A DNA stretch of 32,000 nucleotides from NCBI GenBank assembly GCA_022646745.1, contig CP060262.1:180001-212000 (forward strand), written 5' to 3'. The notes below the pieces were generated by a model, which made no database searches, was not told where the DNA came from, and saw only the letters and a program-made list of their open reading frames with translations. Position numbers and translations under genes: made by a program. Numbering within the stretch: position 1 is the stretch's first letter; the number at the start of each line of letters is the position of its first letter. Positions 1-8,356 of this stretch are shown piece by piece. Origin of the DNA: Planctomycetales bacterium. Lineage in GTDB: Bacteria; 4484-113; JAFGCY01.

Positions 1-1102
1 TGACAAGCTCAAGCAGGGACATCGTCATGGTCTTCATGCCGCTGCCCTGCCCGGTCTCGATCGCATTGATGATCTGGTGCACCTTGCCTTCACGGATCAG
101 GTTGCGCACCGCGGAGTTCGCGATCAGCAGCTCATAGGCCATCACACGCCCGCCGCCGATCTTGCGGCACAGGGTCTGGCAGAAGATGGCCTGCAGGCTG
201 TTCGCCAGCTGCAGGCGGATCTGGGCCTGCTGGTGCGGCGGGAACACGTCAATGATGCGGTCAATCGTCTGCGCCGTGTCATTGGTGTGCAGGGTGCCGA
301 ACACCAGGTGGCCGGTTTCCGCTGCGGTGATCGCAGTTGACATGGATTCGGTGTCACGCAGCTCGCCGACCAGGATCACATCCGGGTCCTGGCGCAGTAC
401 GTGGCGCAGTGCGCGGGCGAAGGACTCGGTGTCCGAGCCCAGCTCGCGCTGGTTCACCACGCACTTCTTGTGGTCGTGCAGGAATTCGATCGGGTCCTCG
501 ACCGTGATGATGTGCCCGCGGCGGTTCTCATTGATGTAGTCAATCATCGCCGCCAGGCTGGTGGTCTTACCGGAACCGGTCGGACCGGTGAACAGGATGA
601 TTCCGCGTGGACGCAGGGCGAGGTCCTTGGCGATCGGCGGCAGGCCGAGTGCCTCGATGGACTTCTTCATGGTCGGCACGCTACGTACGACCGCACCGAC
701 ACTGCCGCGCTGCATGAACACATTCACACGGAAACGGCCGACATTGAGCACGCTGTAGGCGAAATCGAACTCATGCTCGATCTCGAACACCTTGACCTGG
801 TGCTCCTTCATCATGGAGTAGATCAGGCTCTTCAGGTCCGAGGGGCGGTACTTGGGAAGGTTGAGCGGGATCAGCTGGCCGTCGATGCGCACATGCGGCG
901 GAGCGCCGGCGGTGAGGTGCAGGTCTGATGCACGGTGGTTGACCGCGTACACAAGCAGGTCGTGGATGGTGTGGTGCTCATCCAGCACACCGTCCGGCGT
1001 GGCCGGGCGGCTCGGTGCGTTGATGCCCGGGATGGCCTGCTTCTTCTCCTCCTCCTTGGTCGTCAGGCCGGAGGCAGCACTCATCTTCTCATGCTCGACC
1101 AT
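1..1102 (-). CDS. pilT: Type IV pilus retraction ATPase PilT (partial; last ~25-30 codons lie beyond the left edge)
   Basis: Absent from the ORF track because no stop codon falls inside the window. My own minus-strand translation from ATG 1102 gives MVEHEKMSAASG...HDLLVYAVNHRASDLHLTAGAPPHVRIDGQL...PRGIILFTGPTGSGKTTSLAAMIDYINENRRGHIITVEDPIEFLHDHKKCVVNQRELGSDTESFARALRHVLRQDPDVILVGELRDTESMSTAITAAETGHLVFGTLHTNDTAQTIDRIIDVFPPHQQAQIRLQLANSLQAIFCQTL...NSAVRNLIREGKVHQI. It shows Walker A (nt ~561-606), Asp box, Walker B, His box and the RNLIREGK motif typical of PilT. The frame stays open up to 1250, so GTG 1132 is an alternative start. Confidence 0.85.
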   Translation of the reverse strand, partial: MVEHEKMSAASGLTTKEEEKKQAIPGINAPSRPATPDGVLDEHHTIHDLLVYAVNHRASDLHLTAGAPPHVRIDGQLIPLNLPKYRPSDLKSLIYSMMKEHQVKVFEIEHEFDFAYSVLNVGRFRVNVFMQRGSVGAVVRSVPTMKKSIEALGLPPIAKDLALRPRGIILFTGPTGSGKTTSLAAMIDYINENRRGHIITVEDPIEFLHDHKKCVVNQRELGSDTESFARALRHVLRQDPDVILVGELRDTESMSTAITAAETGHLVFGTLHTNDTAQTIDRIIDVFPPHQQAQIRLQLANSLQAIFCQTLCRKIGGGRVMAYELLIANSAVRNLIREGKVHQIINAIETGQGSGMKTMTMSLLELV

Positions 1103-1249
1103 TGAAGGGCGCCCGGTATGGCGTTCCTCCACCTGGCCACGTTGCAGGTTGAGCCGGTCAAAACCACCCAGGCCGACCACTTCCTGCTCGTTCTGCACAT
1201 CCCGTTCTTCCAAGGGTTCCCTGCCTTTGGCCCTCAGGCCTGATGGTTC

Positions 1250-3058
1250 CTAGTTGTACTTGCGGCCCCAACCCTCAGCGTTGACACCGTGCATCTCCAT
1301 GATGAACTTTGTCACGTAGGGGAAGTAAGGGGGCGCCTTGCCGGTCTGGAAGCGGTCGTCATAGGTGAAGTCCCACTCGTAGCCGGTCTTGTGGCCGTTG
1401 CTGTAGTACACGCCGGTGGTCTGGTTGCGGTTCTCGATCAGGCCGCCAGTCAGCTGCAACTTGCCCTTGTTCGGATAGTTGTAGACGTAGTTGTTGCCCT
1501 GGATGATGCCCTCGGCGCCGAGGCCGTGGTCATTGCTGACCGCCATCATAGAAGCATCGATGTTCAGGTTGTTCGGGCCATCCTGGCGCAGCATGATGTT
1601 GCCGCCTGCGCTGAAGATGCCGAGGATGTTGTCAGCATCCGGGTTGTCAGCCGGGTCAACCGCATAGGTGATGTGGCCGCCGATCTTGATGTCGCCGGTC
1701 GCACTGACCGTGATCTCGGAACCGGCCGCGATGTCCGGGCTGTTAACACTGCCATCGCCGGTCAGGTTGAGGATGCTGCCATTCACGTGGATCATGCCGT
1801 TCATCAGCTGCCCAATGGTCTTGACGAGCGTGCCGTTCTTCCAGATCTCAGTCTGGCCGGTGGCCGGGCTCTCACGGAACTTCCAGTTGTTGGTGCCGCC
1901 GAACAGGCCGGTGCCAGCCATTGAGATCTCCGTGACCTGGGCCGTGCCGTCGGTGGACAGCCTGATTGTGTTGGCATCACCGTTGATGAAGATGCCGCCG
2001 AGCAGGGAGTCACCGCGGTTGTAGTCCGGACAGAAGTAGCAGCCCTTGTCCAGCAGGCCCGGCAGGCCGGTCAGCCCGAGGATGTCAATGTACTCGGCAA
2101 GGCTGGGCTGGGTGCCGAGGTCGATGTTGGCGTAGTCACCCATCGCGGCGCGCAGCTGGGACCAGCCGTTGCTGGGCAGGTCGATCTGGTCGACACCCCA
2201 TGTGGCGCCTTCGTTGAACTGCGGGTTGGCGCCACCGGCGAGGATGGACTCCTCGTAGCTGCCCTGCACTGCGGTGAAGGCCCCGTTGAAGGTCGGCTCC
2301 CCGTAGAAGGCGGCAACGCCTTCGCCATCACCCGCGTTGACATGCACCGGGCCGTCATAGACCTCGCCGTCGAAGAACCACAGCTGGTCATTGAACTGGT
2401 TCTGCATGGTCTGCGTGAAGTAGCCGTAGGTGGCGAAGTTCGGGCGCTTCACCTCCAGCTCGAAATTGCCGTTCTCGACTCGCGTGGCCTGGTTGTGCTG
2501 GTTGTTAAGGTCCGCCGCGCCCTCGCTGGTAACGCTCCAGTCATAGTGGAAGACGTGCTTCTTGGAGGCATCGCTGGCGGCCGGGCGCTCGACCTCGGTC
2601 GGCCAGATGTTGACCATCGTGTTGTAACCGACTGTCGGTGCCTGCACGCCGCTCGCGGGCTCCTCCAGCGTGACGGAAGTGGTGATCTGGTTACGCGGCA
2701 TCACGTCATCGATGTTCTCGCCGGTGTCCATGATGAGCGAGATGTCCTGGTTGCCACTCGGGTTCTCCGCCTCGGCATCCTGGGCATACTCCTCAACGTC
2801 ACCCGGTGTGGTGGCGGTCGGCATGTTCCAGGCCGACAGGGCATCTGACAGCACGCGCCGGCTGTGCACCAGGCCGGAATCGGCGGCCTGGAAAGCCTTC
2901 TTGTTGCGCGTGTGGTCATGCACCAGCTCAGCGTCAACCATTGTCAGGGACAGGGTTGCCGTGAACAGGATGGTGAGCAGCAGCGATACCATGATCGCGA
3001 GGATCGAGGTGGATCCCTTCCTGCTCAAGCGCTTGTCATGCCATTCCATAGTTCTCAT
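1250..3058 (-). CDS. Large (602 aa) PilX-N / GspK-position pseudopilin-like protein, possible pilus tip adhesin
   Basis: ORF track, ATG start with GGGAG about 8 nt upstream. The N-terminus SRKG-STSILAIMVSLLLTILFTATL is pilin-like and hydrophobic but has no acidic residue at +5, as in GspK/PilX. It is fourth in a pseudopilin operon. The C-terminal half is G/N/T/I-rich and periodic (GGIFINGDANTIRL, IHVNGSILNLTGDG, ITVSATGDIKIGGHITY), which suggests a beta-helix. Confidence 0.6.
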   Translation of the reverse strand: MRTMEWHDKRLSRKGSTSILAIMVSLLLTILFTATLSLTMVDAELVHDHTRNKKAFQAADSGLVHSRRVLSDALSAWNMPTATTPGDVEEYAQDAEAENPSGNQDISLIMDTGENIDDVMPRNQITTSVTLEEPASGVQAPTVGYNTMVNIWPTEVERPAASDASKKHVFHYDWSVTSEGAADLNNQHNQATRVENGNFELEVKRPNFATYGYFTQTMQNQFNDQLWFFDGEVYDGPVHVNAGDGEGVAAFYGEPTFNGAFTAVQGSYEESILAGGANPQFNEGATWGVDQIDLPSNGWSQLRAAMGDYANIDLGTQPSLAEYIDILGLTGLPGLLDKGCYFCPDYNRGDSLLGGIFINGDANTIRLSTDGTAQVTEISMAGTGLFGGTNNWKFRESPATGQTEIWKNGTLVKTIGQLMNGMIHVNGSILNLTGDGSVNSPDIAAGSEITVSATGDIKIGGHITYAVDPADNPDADNILGIFSAGGNIMLRQDGPNNLNIDASMMAVSNDHGLGAEGIIQGNNYVYNYPNKGKLQLTGGLIENRNQTTGVYYSNGHKTGYEWDFTYDDRFQTGKAPPYFPYVTKFIMEMHGVNAEGWGRKYN

Positions 3059-3086
3059 TTTCCGCTCCCGTCCAATTACCGGACGT

Positions 3087-3692
3087 TCAGTTCATCCTGC
3101 GGTTACGGATGGTCATCCGTCCGACCATCGCCTGCCCGCCGACCCTGCCGCCGGTGAAGGCAGTCTGGTCATTGCTCACATCCATCGTCATCTTCATTTC
3201 CACGGCCGTGATCGCATCCTCGTCAGCCGGCGCTTCATTGTTGTTGGCGTAGTAGATGAACTGGATGCTGCCAAGGTTGTCCATCATCACGTCGGTGCCG
3301 ATGTTTGTCCACGTGGCACCGTCGTCCGAGCTCTGGTCCAGCTCGCGGATCAGCTCCTGGGCATCCGCATCATAGTAGTAATGGATGCGCTCCCAGACGT
3401 CGTCATTGTTCAGGTCGCCGACATACATCAGTTCCTGCGGCTCGGCGATCTCGACGAAGGGTTCAACCACGCCGGAGCCCATCGTGACGATCTCGTCAGA
3501 CATGTATGAGATGCAGTCGCGCAGGTCAGCCTGGTTGAGCATGTTGCGGTTCTGGGTGGTGCTGAGCATGATCTGGCTCTGCATCACGGTCACGATCGTA
3601 CCGCCGACGATGGCAGCGATCACCAGTGAGACCAGCAGCTCAATCAGGCTGTAGCCCTGCCTCTCCATGTTGCGGGTGCGGATCATGCTCAT
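3087..3692 (-). CDS. Prepilin-type minor pseudopilin, PilW/GspJ-like by size and position
   Basis: The leader MSMIRTRNMERQG is followed by YSLIELLVSLVIAAIVGG (G-1, aromatic +1, Glu +5). 201 aa. The ATG overlaps the upstream stop as ATGA (3689-3692). Confidence 0.65.
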   Translation of the reverse strand: MSMIRTRNMERQGYSLIELLVSLVIAAIVGGTIVTVMQSQIMLSTTQNRNMLNQADLRDCISYMSDEIVTMGSGVVEPFVEIAEPQELMYVGDLNNDDVWERIHYYYDADAQELIRELDQSSDDGATWTNIGTDVMMDNLGSIQFIYYANNNEAPADEDAITAVEMKMTMDVSNDQTAFTGGRVGGQAMVGRMTIRNRRMN

Positions 3693-4105
3693 GGTGCCAC
3701 CACCCCGGTCAGGTCAAAGCTTGCCGTCTGGCCCATGCGGTCCCATGTCACGACCACGGTCACTTCCTTCATGCCATCGTCGGGGGCATCCTCAACCACG
3801 GTCCAGGAACGGCTGTATATCCCGCCGGCTTCTCCAAGCTCGTTGATGGTACCGTTGTCAGCACCGTTAACCACCTGGTCGAAGTCAATGTTGCGCAGTT
3901 CCTCGATCTTGACCTCCGCCAGATTGGCGGCGGAGGAGACGTACATGTTGGACTGGGTGACGCGGCTGGCCGCAATTGACACCTGCAGCCCGAACATCAG
4001 CGCCAGCGCCAGAAGCACCAGCCCGATCAGCACGTCCACGAGGCTGAAGCCGCGGTTGCGTCCGCGCAACGTGAGTCCACGCAATGCCTTTAATATCCTC
4101 TTCAT
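3689..4105 (-). CDS. Prepilin-type minor pseudopilin, PilV/GspI-like by size and position
   Basis: The leader ...LRGRNRG is followed by FSLVDVLIGLVLLALALMF, with Asp rather than Glu at +5. 138 aa. ATGA overlap with the upstream gene at 4102-4105. Confidence 0.65.
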   Translation of the reverse strand: MKRILKALRGLTLRGRNRGFSLVDVLIGLVLLALALMFGLQVSIAASRVTQSNMYVSSAANLAEVKIEELRNIDFDQVVNGADNGTINELGEAGGIYSRSWTVVEDAPDDGMKEVTVVVTWDRMGQTASFDLTGVVAP

Positions 4106-4611
4106 CGGAGATTGCCTCCCTCCCTGCTGAACCGGCCCGTCGTCAGGTTGCCGTTCAGTTCCAGGGTCTCTCCATTGCTTGCCGTCAGCTCAATCTTGCC
4201 GCCCACGAGCATCGAGCCGCGGGTCGTGTACTGGACCTGGTTGCTGGGGAAGGTGTTCGCGGAGATTGTCACGCCCTGTGGCAGGGTCTCCACCCCGCCG
4301 CCCGGCATGGCGTTCGACCAGTCCAGCGTGTCGCGGTCCTGGGCCTCTATCCAGTATGTTCCGGCACCAGCATCAAGCAGCACCCGGGTGTTCATTTCCT
4401 CGCTGCGTGCCTGGTTGCGTGCGATCATCATCACTTCAGCCATGCGCAGCTGTGCGGTTTCCAGCCTGGTATGCGGAATGGCGGAGTACAGGTTGGAGAT
4501 GGCGATGGTGGCAACAATGCCAAGAATTGCCAACACGATAACCATCTCGATCAGCGAGAAGCCCTCGCGGTTTCGCAGTCCCCTCTTCCTGTTGCGCGTT
4601 TCAGTATTCAA
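4102..4611 (-). CDS. Prepilin-type pseudopilin, GspH/FimT(FimU)-like, first gene of the operon
   Basis: MNTETRNRKRGLRNREG followed by FSLIEMVIVLAILGIVATIAISNLY is the canonical N-methylation motif. 169 aa. The start codon at 4611 is TTG, and no in-frame ATG or GTG lies between the upstream stop and the motif. AAGGCGG sits about 8 nt upstream. Confidence 0.75.
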   Translation of the reverse strand: MNTETRNRKRGLRNREGFSLIEMVIVLAILGIVATIAISNLYSAIPHTRLETAQLRMAEVMMIARNQARSEEMNTRVLLDAGAGTYWIEAQDRDTLDWSNAMPGGGVETLPQGVTISANTFPSNQVQYTTRGSMLVGGKIELTASNGETLELNGNLTTGRFSREGGNLR

Positions 4612-4709
4612 AGCATGACCGCCTTGCCAATTCCCCTTCGGGAAGCTGGCAATATTAGTTTACCCAAGCTGACAGATTCCGCCTGACTCCCGGGCAGGTT
4701 TAACCAGAC

Positions 4710-4715
4710 ATTATA
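4710..4715 (-). promoter_or_regulatory. Candidate -10 box (TATAAT on the minus strand) for the pseudopilin operon
   Basis: The minus strand reads ...gattttaacggtcttcaacgatgtTATAATgtctgg about 100 nt upstream of the TTG start. The -35 region is poor (ATTTTA/TTTTAA). Confidence 0.25.
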
Positions 4716-5065
4716 ACATCGTTGAAGACCGTTAAAATCTAACATCTGTTCCCCGGATGGCTAGATAAAATGTGCCTTAAACCCCGGTTAAGCCAATTCC
4801 GCCGTCAACAATTGTAATTATAGTGCAAAAGTACGGCAGTTTAAAGGCGTATTTGGGCAGAAGTCCAAAAATCACAATACTGTTCTATGGTTTGCGTGAA
4901 TTGCCGCACATGAAACGCAGCCAAACTTCCTGCAACCTGTAGGTTGTACCCACATAGGGTCGCCAATAACATGATTCCGGTAATAAACTGGAAGTTTCGG
5001 ACTCAGATATATCGTGACTTATTTAGCGTTATAATCAAAATTGGATTACTCAATAACGAGAACGC

Positions 5066-5749
5066 ATGGACGATAAAAACGACCTAAAGGAACCGATCAA
5101 GCGCAGCAGTTCCCTGTCGCGCAGCTCTGTCGAGCGCCTCTACAGCTACTACCTGCTGGCCAAGCGTGCCCGGGAACAGGGTGATACCCACATCAATTCC
5201 CGCCAGCTGGCGAGCTTCCTGCAGATCGGAGATACGCAGGTGCGCAAGGACCTGGCCGCAATCAACCTGGTCGGCCAGCCCAAGAAGGGCTATGAGATCG
5301 GGGCCACGATCGAAGCGCTGAGCAACACGATGGGCCTTGATGAGGTGCACCGGGCGGTGCTGTGCGGCGTGGGCAAGCTGGGACAGGCCCTGCTGCAGTA
5401 CAGCCGTTTCAGCGAATTCGGCTTCAAGGTGAGTGGGGCGTTTGACGTCAGCCCCGACATCATCGGGCAGGACATCGCCGGCACGCGTGTGCTGCATGTG
5501 GACCACCTCGCAAAGGTGATCGAGATCTTCAGCGTGGAGATCGGCATCCTCACCGTGAACGTCTGGGCTGCACAGGAACTGTGCAACAAGATGGTGGAAT
5601 GCGGCATCAAGGCGATCTGGAACTTCGCACCGATCCACCTGCAGGCGCCGAAGGGCGTGCTGATACGCAACGAGGACTTCGCCGGCAGCCTGGCCGTGAT
5701 TTCGCATTACCTGAAGGATCCGGCGGAACAGGATACGAAGAAGAGCTGA
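5066..5749 (+). CDS. rex: Redox-sensing transcriptional repressor Rex
   Basis: 227 aa. N-terminal winged helix (SSVERLYSYYLLAKRAREQGDTHINSRQLASFLQIGDTQVRKDLA), Rossmann motif GVGKLGQAL, and C-terminal IWNFAPIHLQAP, all characteristic of Rex. Confidence 0.9.
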   Translation: MDDKNDLKEPIKRSSSLSRSSVERLYSYYLLAKRAREQGDTHINSRQLASFLQIGDTQVRKDLAAINLVGQPKKGYEIGATIEALSNTMGLDEVHRAVLCGVGKLGQALLQYSRFSEFGFKVSGAFDVSPDIIGQDIAGTRVLHVDHLAKVIEIFSVEIGILTVNVWAAQELCNKMVECGIKAIWNFAPIHLQAPKGVLIRNEDFAGSLAVISHYLKDPAEQDTKKS

Positions 5750-5769
5750 GAAGAACACCCAATCGCAAT

Positions 5770-5802
5770 AAAAAAGGCGACCGGCATGCCGGTCGCCTTT
5801 TG
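5770..5802. terminator. Bidirectional rho-independent terminator between convergent rex and the lipoprotein gene
   Basis: AAAAAA-GGCGACCGG-catg-CCGGTCGCC-TTTT. A perfect 9-bp GC-rich stem (5776-5797) flanked by an A-run and a T-run. Confidence 0.85.
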
Positions 5803-5824
5803 CTATTCAGGGATCAGTGGACGC

Positions 5825-6532
5825 TTATTCGTCGCCCATACCGTCATCTTCATCGTCACCGCTGCCGCCGGCGACGCCACGGCTCGGCGGGGAACCACCC
5901 TTCTTGCCGCCCTTGCTGTCGCCGCCGCCGCCGCCCTGGGACTCTTCAACGGAGAGGCCTTCGCCCTCGGTGCGGCGGACCTGGAAGCTGATCGGCTGGC
6001 TGGTGCAGTAGAAACCGCTGAGCGCGATGATCTTCGGATAGGAGGACGGGATGGTCAGGTGCTTCTTGGTCTCACCGACAACCTCGCCGGCCTCATCAAA
6101 GGCCTTGATCTCCCAGATGCTGGGGGTCGGGACTTCCTCATCGCTCTGCACTTCGAGGCGGACCTCATACTTGGCTGCCCCTTCGTACTCGGGGATGCCG
6201 TTGTCCACGCTCTCGATGGTGATTTCCACCTTGGGCCCGGTGTAGTCGTCAACCGGCTCGCCGCAGGGGTTCTCTCCGCAGGGGTTCGCACCACAGGGAT
6301 TCCCACCGTCGGCACCCTTCAGCAGTGCGGCATTATCGCCGGCCGCCCCACGGGCCAGTCCGGCATCCGCCGCTGCGTCACCGCCCGCCGGAGTGCTCGG
6401 GGCACTCTTGGGCTTGTAGTCACGCAGCATCGCCTCGGCGGGATCCTCTCCCTGGTTGCAGCCCGCGGAGAACAGCAGCAGGCCAAGCAGTGCCGGGATG
6501 ACTAAGAGCAGGTTGTTGGTCTGATTTCTCAT
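5825..6532 (-). CDS. Secreted lipoprotein of unknown function with an internal NPCG repeat and a Gly/Asp-rich tail
   Basis: ATG with GGAGGA 7-8 nt upstream. Signal peptide plus relaxed lipobox LLLFSAG-C. Motif GNPCGANPCGENPCGE. C-terminus GGGGGDSKGGKKGG...GDDEDDGMGDE. Confidence 0.75.
   Translation of the reverse strand: MRNQTNNLLLVIPALLGLLLFSAGCNQGEDPAEAMLRDYKPKSAPSTPAGGDAAADAGLARGAAGDNAALLKGADGGNPCGANPCGENPCGEPVDDYTGPKVEITIESVDNGIPEYEGAAKYEVRLEVQSDEEVPTPSIWEIKAFDEAGEVVGETKKHLTIPSSYPKIIALSGFYCTSQPISFQVRRTEGEGLSVEESQGGGGGDSKGGKKGGSPPSRGVAGGSGDDEDDGMGDE
6257..6310 (-). repeat. Short 15-bp coding repeat (about 3 units) encoding NPCG[A/E]
   Basis: The plus strand reads ctcgccgca GGGGTTCTCTCCGCA GGGGTTCGCACCACA GGGATTCCCACCGTC. 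The first full unit is identical to units of the 16454-16663 array. Confidence 0.8.
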
Positions 6533-6750
6533 CTCACATCCTCCGCCGGTCCATCGACCTGGGGCAGCGCTTCAACAAATACCATGACTATGCAGATGCG
6601 CCGCCGGTTCACCGGCGAACTAATATTCTACAACCAGTAGCACAGATTAACACTGTGGAGGGTGTGCAGACGCATTCCCCACAAAGCAATAGACAATCGG
6701 GAGGGCCCAATTGTTACCGCTGGCACGGCAGGGATTTTACCGCAGCTTAA

Positions 6751-8319
6751 TCAGCCCAGCTCGAAGCTGATCCCCTGGGCCAGCGGGAGGTCGGTGCTCC
6801 AGTTGATCGTGTTGGTCTGGCGGCGCATGTAGGCCTTCCAGGCATCGCTACCGGATTCACGCCCGCCGCCGGTTTCCTTCTCACCGCCGAAGGCTCCGCC
6901 GATTTCCGCGCCGCTGGTGCCGATGTTCACATTGGCAATGCCGCAGTCCGAACCGCAGTGCGAAAGGAACTGCTCAGCCTCGCGCAGGTTGAGCGTGAAG
7001 ATCGCGCTCGAGAGGCCCTGGGGCACGTCATTGTGCCATTCGAAGGCCTGCTCCAGCTCGCTGTAGCGAATCAGGTAGAGGATCGGGGCGAAGGTCTCCT
7101 GCTGCACGACGGCCATGTCGTTGCGGGCCTCGGCGATGCAGGGCGTGACGTAGTGGCCGTTGCTGTACTGCTCACCGGTCAGCACGTCGCCACCGCACAG
7201 CACCGTGCCGCCGTTCTCACTGAGCAGGCGCAGCGAGGCCATCATGTTCTGGATCGCGTCCTTGTCAATCAGCGGGCCCATCAGGGTGCCCTCCGCCAGC
7301 GGGTCGCCGATGCGGACCTGGCTGTAGGCGTTCACGAGGCGGTTCTTCACGTCCTCGAACTGGCTATCGTGGATGAACACGCGGCGCGTGCTGGTGCAGC
7401 GCTGGCCGGCGGTGCCGCAGGAGCCGAACACAATGGCGGGGATCGCCATGTCGAGGTCGGCGGAGGGGCTGATGATGATCGCGTTGTTGCCACCGAGCTC
7501 GAGGATGGTATGCCCGAGGCGGGCCGCCACCACAGCGCCGACGCGCTTGCCCATCCGGGTGGAGCCGGTGGCGCTGATGAGCGGGATGCGCTCGTCATGC
7601 GTCATCAGCTCGCCGATGCCGGGGCCGTCGCCAATGAGCAGCGATGCCAGCGCCGGGTCGTAGCCGTTCCGCTCGAACACCATGGCGGCGATCCTCGTGC
7701 AGGCGATGGCGGTCAGCGGAGCCTTCTCACTCGGTTTCCAGACGCAGGCGTTGCCACAGACCCAGGCCAGCGCGGAGTTCCAGGCCCAGACGGCGACCGG
7801 GAAGTTGAAGGCGGAGATGATGCCGACCACGCCACGCGGGTGCCACTGCTCGTACATGCGGTGGCCGGGGCGCTCGGAGTGCATCGTCAGGCCGTAGAGC
7901 TGGCGCGAGAGGCCGACCGCGAAGTCGCAGATGTCGATCATCTCCTGCACCTCGCCCTCGCCTTCCGCGCGGATCTTACCCATCTCGATGGTGACGAGCG
8001 CGCCAAGCGCAGCCTTGTGCTGCCTGAGGGCCTCGCCGATCTGGCGCACAATCTCGCCTCGTCGCGGAGCCGGCACCATGCGCCACTGCTCGAAGGCGGC
8101 CGTGGCAGCCGCCATCACGCGGTCGTAGTCCGCCTTGTCAGCCTGGGCCACGCGGCCCAGCAGGCGGCCGTCGATCGGGCTGTGGCAGTCGATGCGGTCA
8201 CCACCGCCGCTCCACTCGCCGGCAAACGCGCCGGGGTTGTCCGCGGCGATGCCGAGCTGGCTGAACAGTGCTGCGAGGTCGATCTCGTTGATGCCACCCT
8301 TGAATGCGTTGTCAGTCAT
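6751..8319 (-). CDS. ALDH7-family aldehyde dehydrogenase (alpha-aminoadipic semialdehyde / L-piperideine-6-carboxylate dehydrogenase)
   Basis: 522 aa. Catalytic ELGGNNA and GQRCTS motifs. The C-terminus GGEKETGGGRESGSDAWKAYMRRQTNTINWSTDLPLAQGISF closely matches the antiquitin/ALDH7A1 signature. Confidence 0.85.
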   Translation of the reverse strand: MTDNAFKGGINEIDLAALFSQLGIAADNPGAFAGEWSGGGDRIDCHSPIDGRLLGRVAQADKADYDRVMAAATAAFEQWRMVPAPRRGEIVRQIGEALRQHKAALGALVTIEMGKIRAEGEGEVQEMIDICDFAVGLSRQLYGLTMHSERPGHRMYEQWHPRGVVGIISAFNFPVAVWAWNSALAWVCGNACVWKPSEKAPLTAIACTRIAAMVFERNGYDPALASLLIGDGPGIGELMTHDERIPLISATGSTRMGKRVGAVVAARLGHTILELGGNNAIIISPSADLDMAIPAIVFGSCGTAGQRCTSTRRVFIHDSQFEDVKNRLVNAYSQVRIGDPLAEGTLMGPLIDKDAIQNMMASLRLLSENGGTVLCGGDVLTGEQYSNGHYVTPCIAEARNDMAVVQQETFAPILYLIRYSELEQAFEWHNDVPQGLSSAIFTLNLREAEQFLSHCGSDCGIANVNIGTSGAEIGGAFGGEKETGGGRESGSDAWKAYMRRQTNTINWSTDLPLAQGISFELG

Positions 8320-8356
8320 GTGTTTCCCTGTCTCTCGTTGTCAGAATTGTCGAGCC

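Noticed and set aside
4612-5065. Rex operator (TTGTGAA-N6-TTCACAA) and a sigma-54 -24/-12 promoter upstream of rex and the pilin operon. I also looked at 18641-18670 (TTGTGGA...TTTCACGG).
   Set aside because: Only partial half-sites with wrong spacing were found (GCGTGAA...CATGAA is a direct repeat, not an inverted one, and TGCCGT-N5-TGCAC has an 11-nt rather than 12-nt GG-GC spacing). This is not good enough to call.
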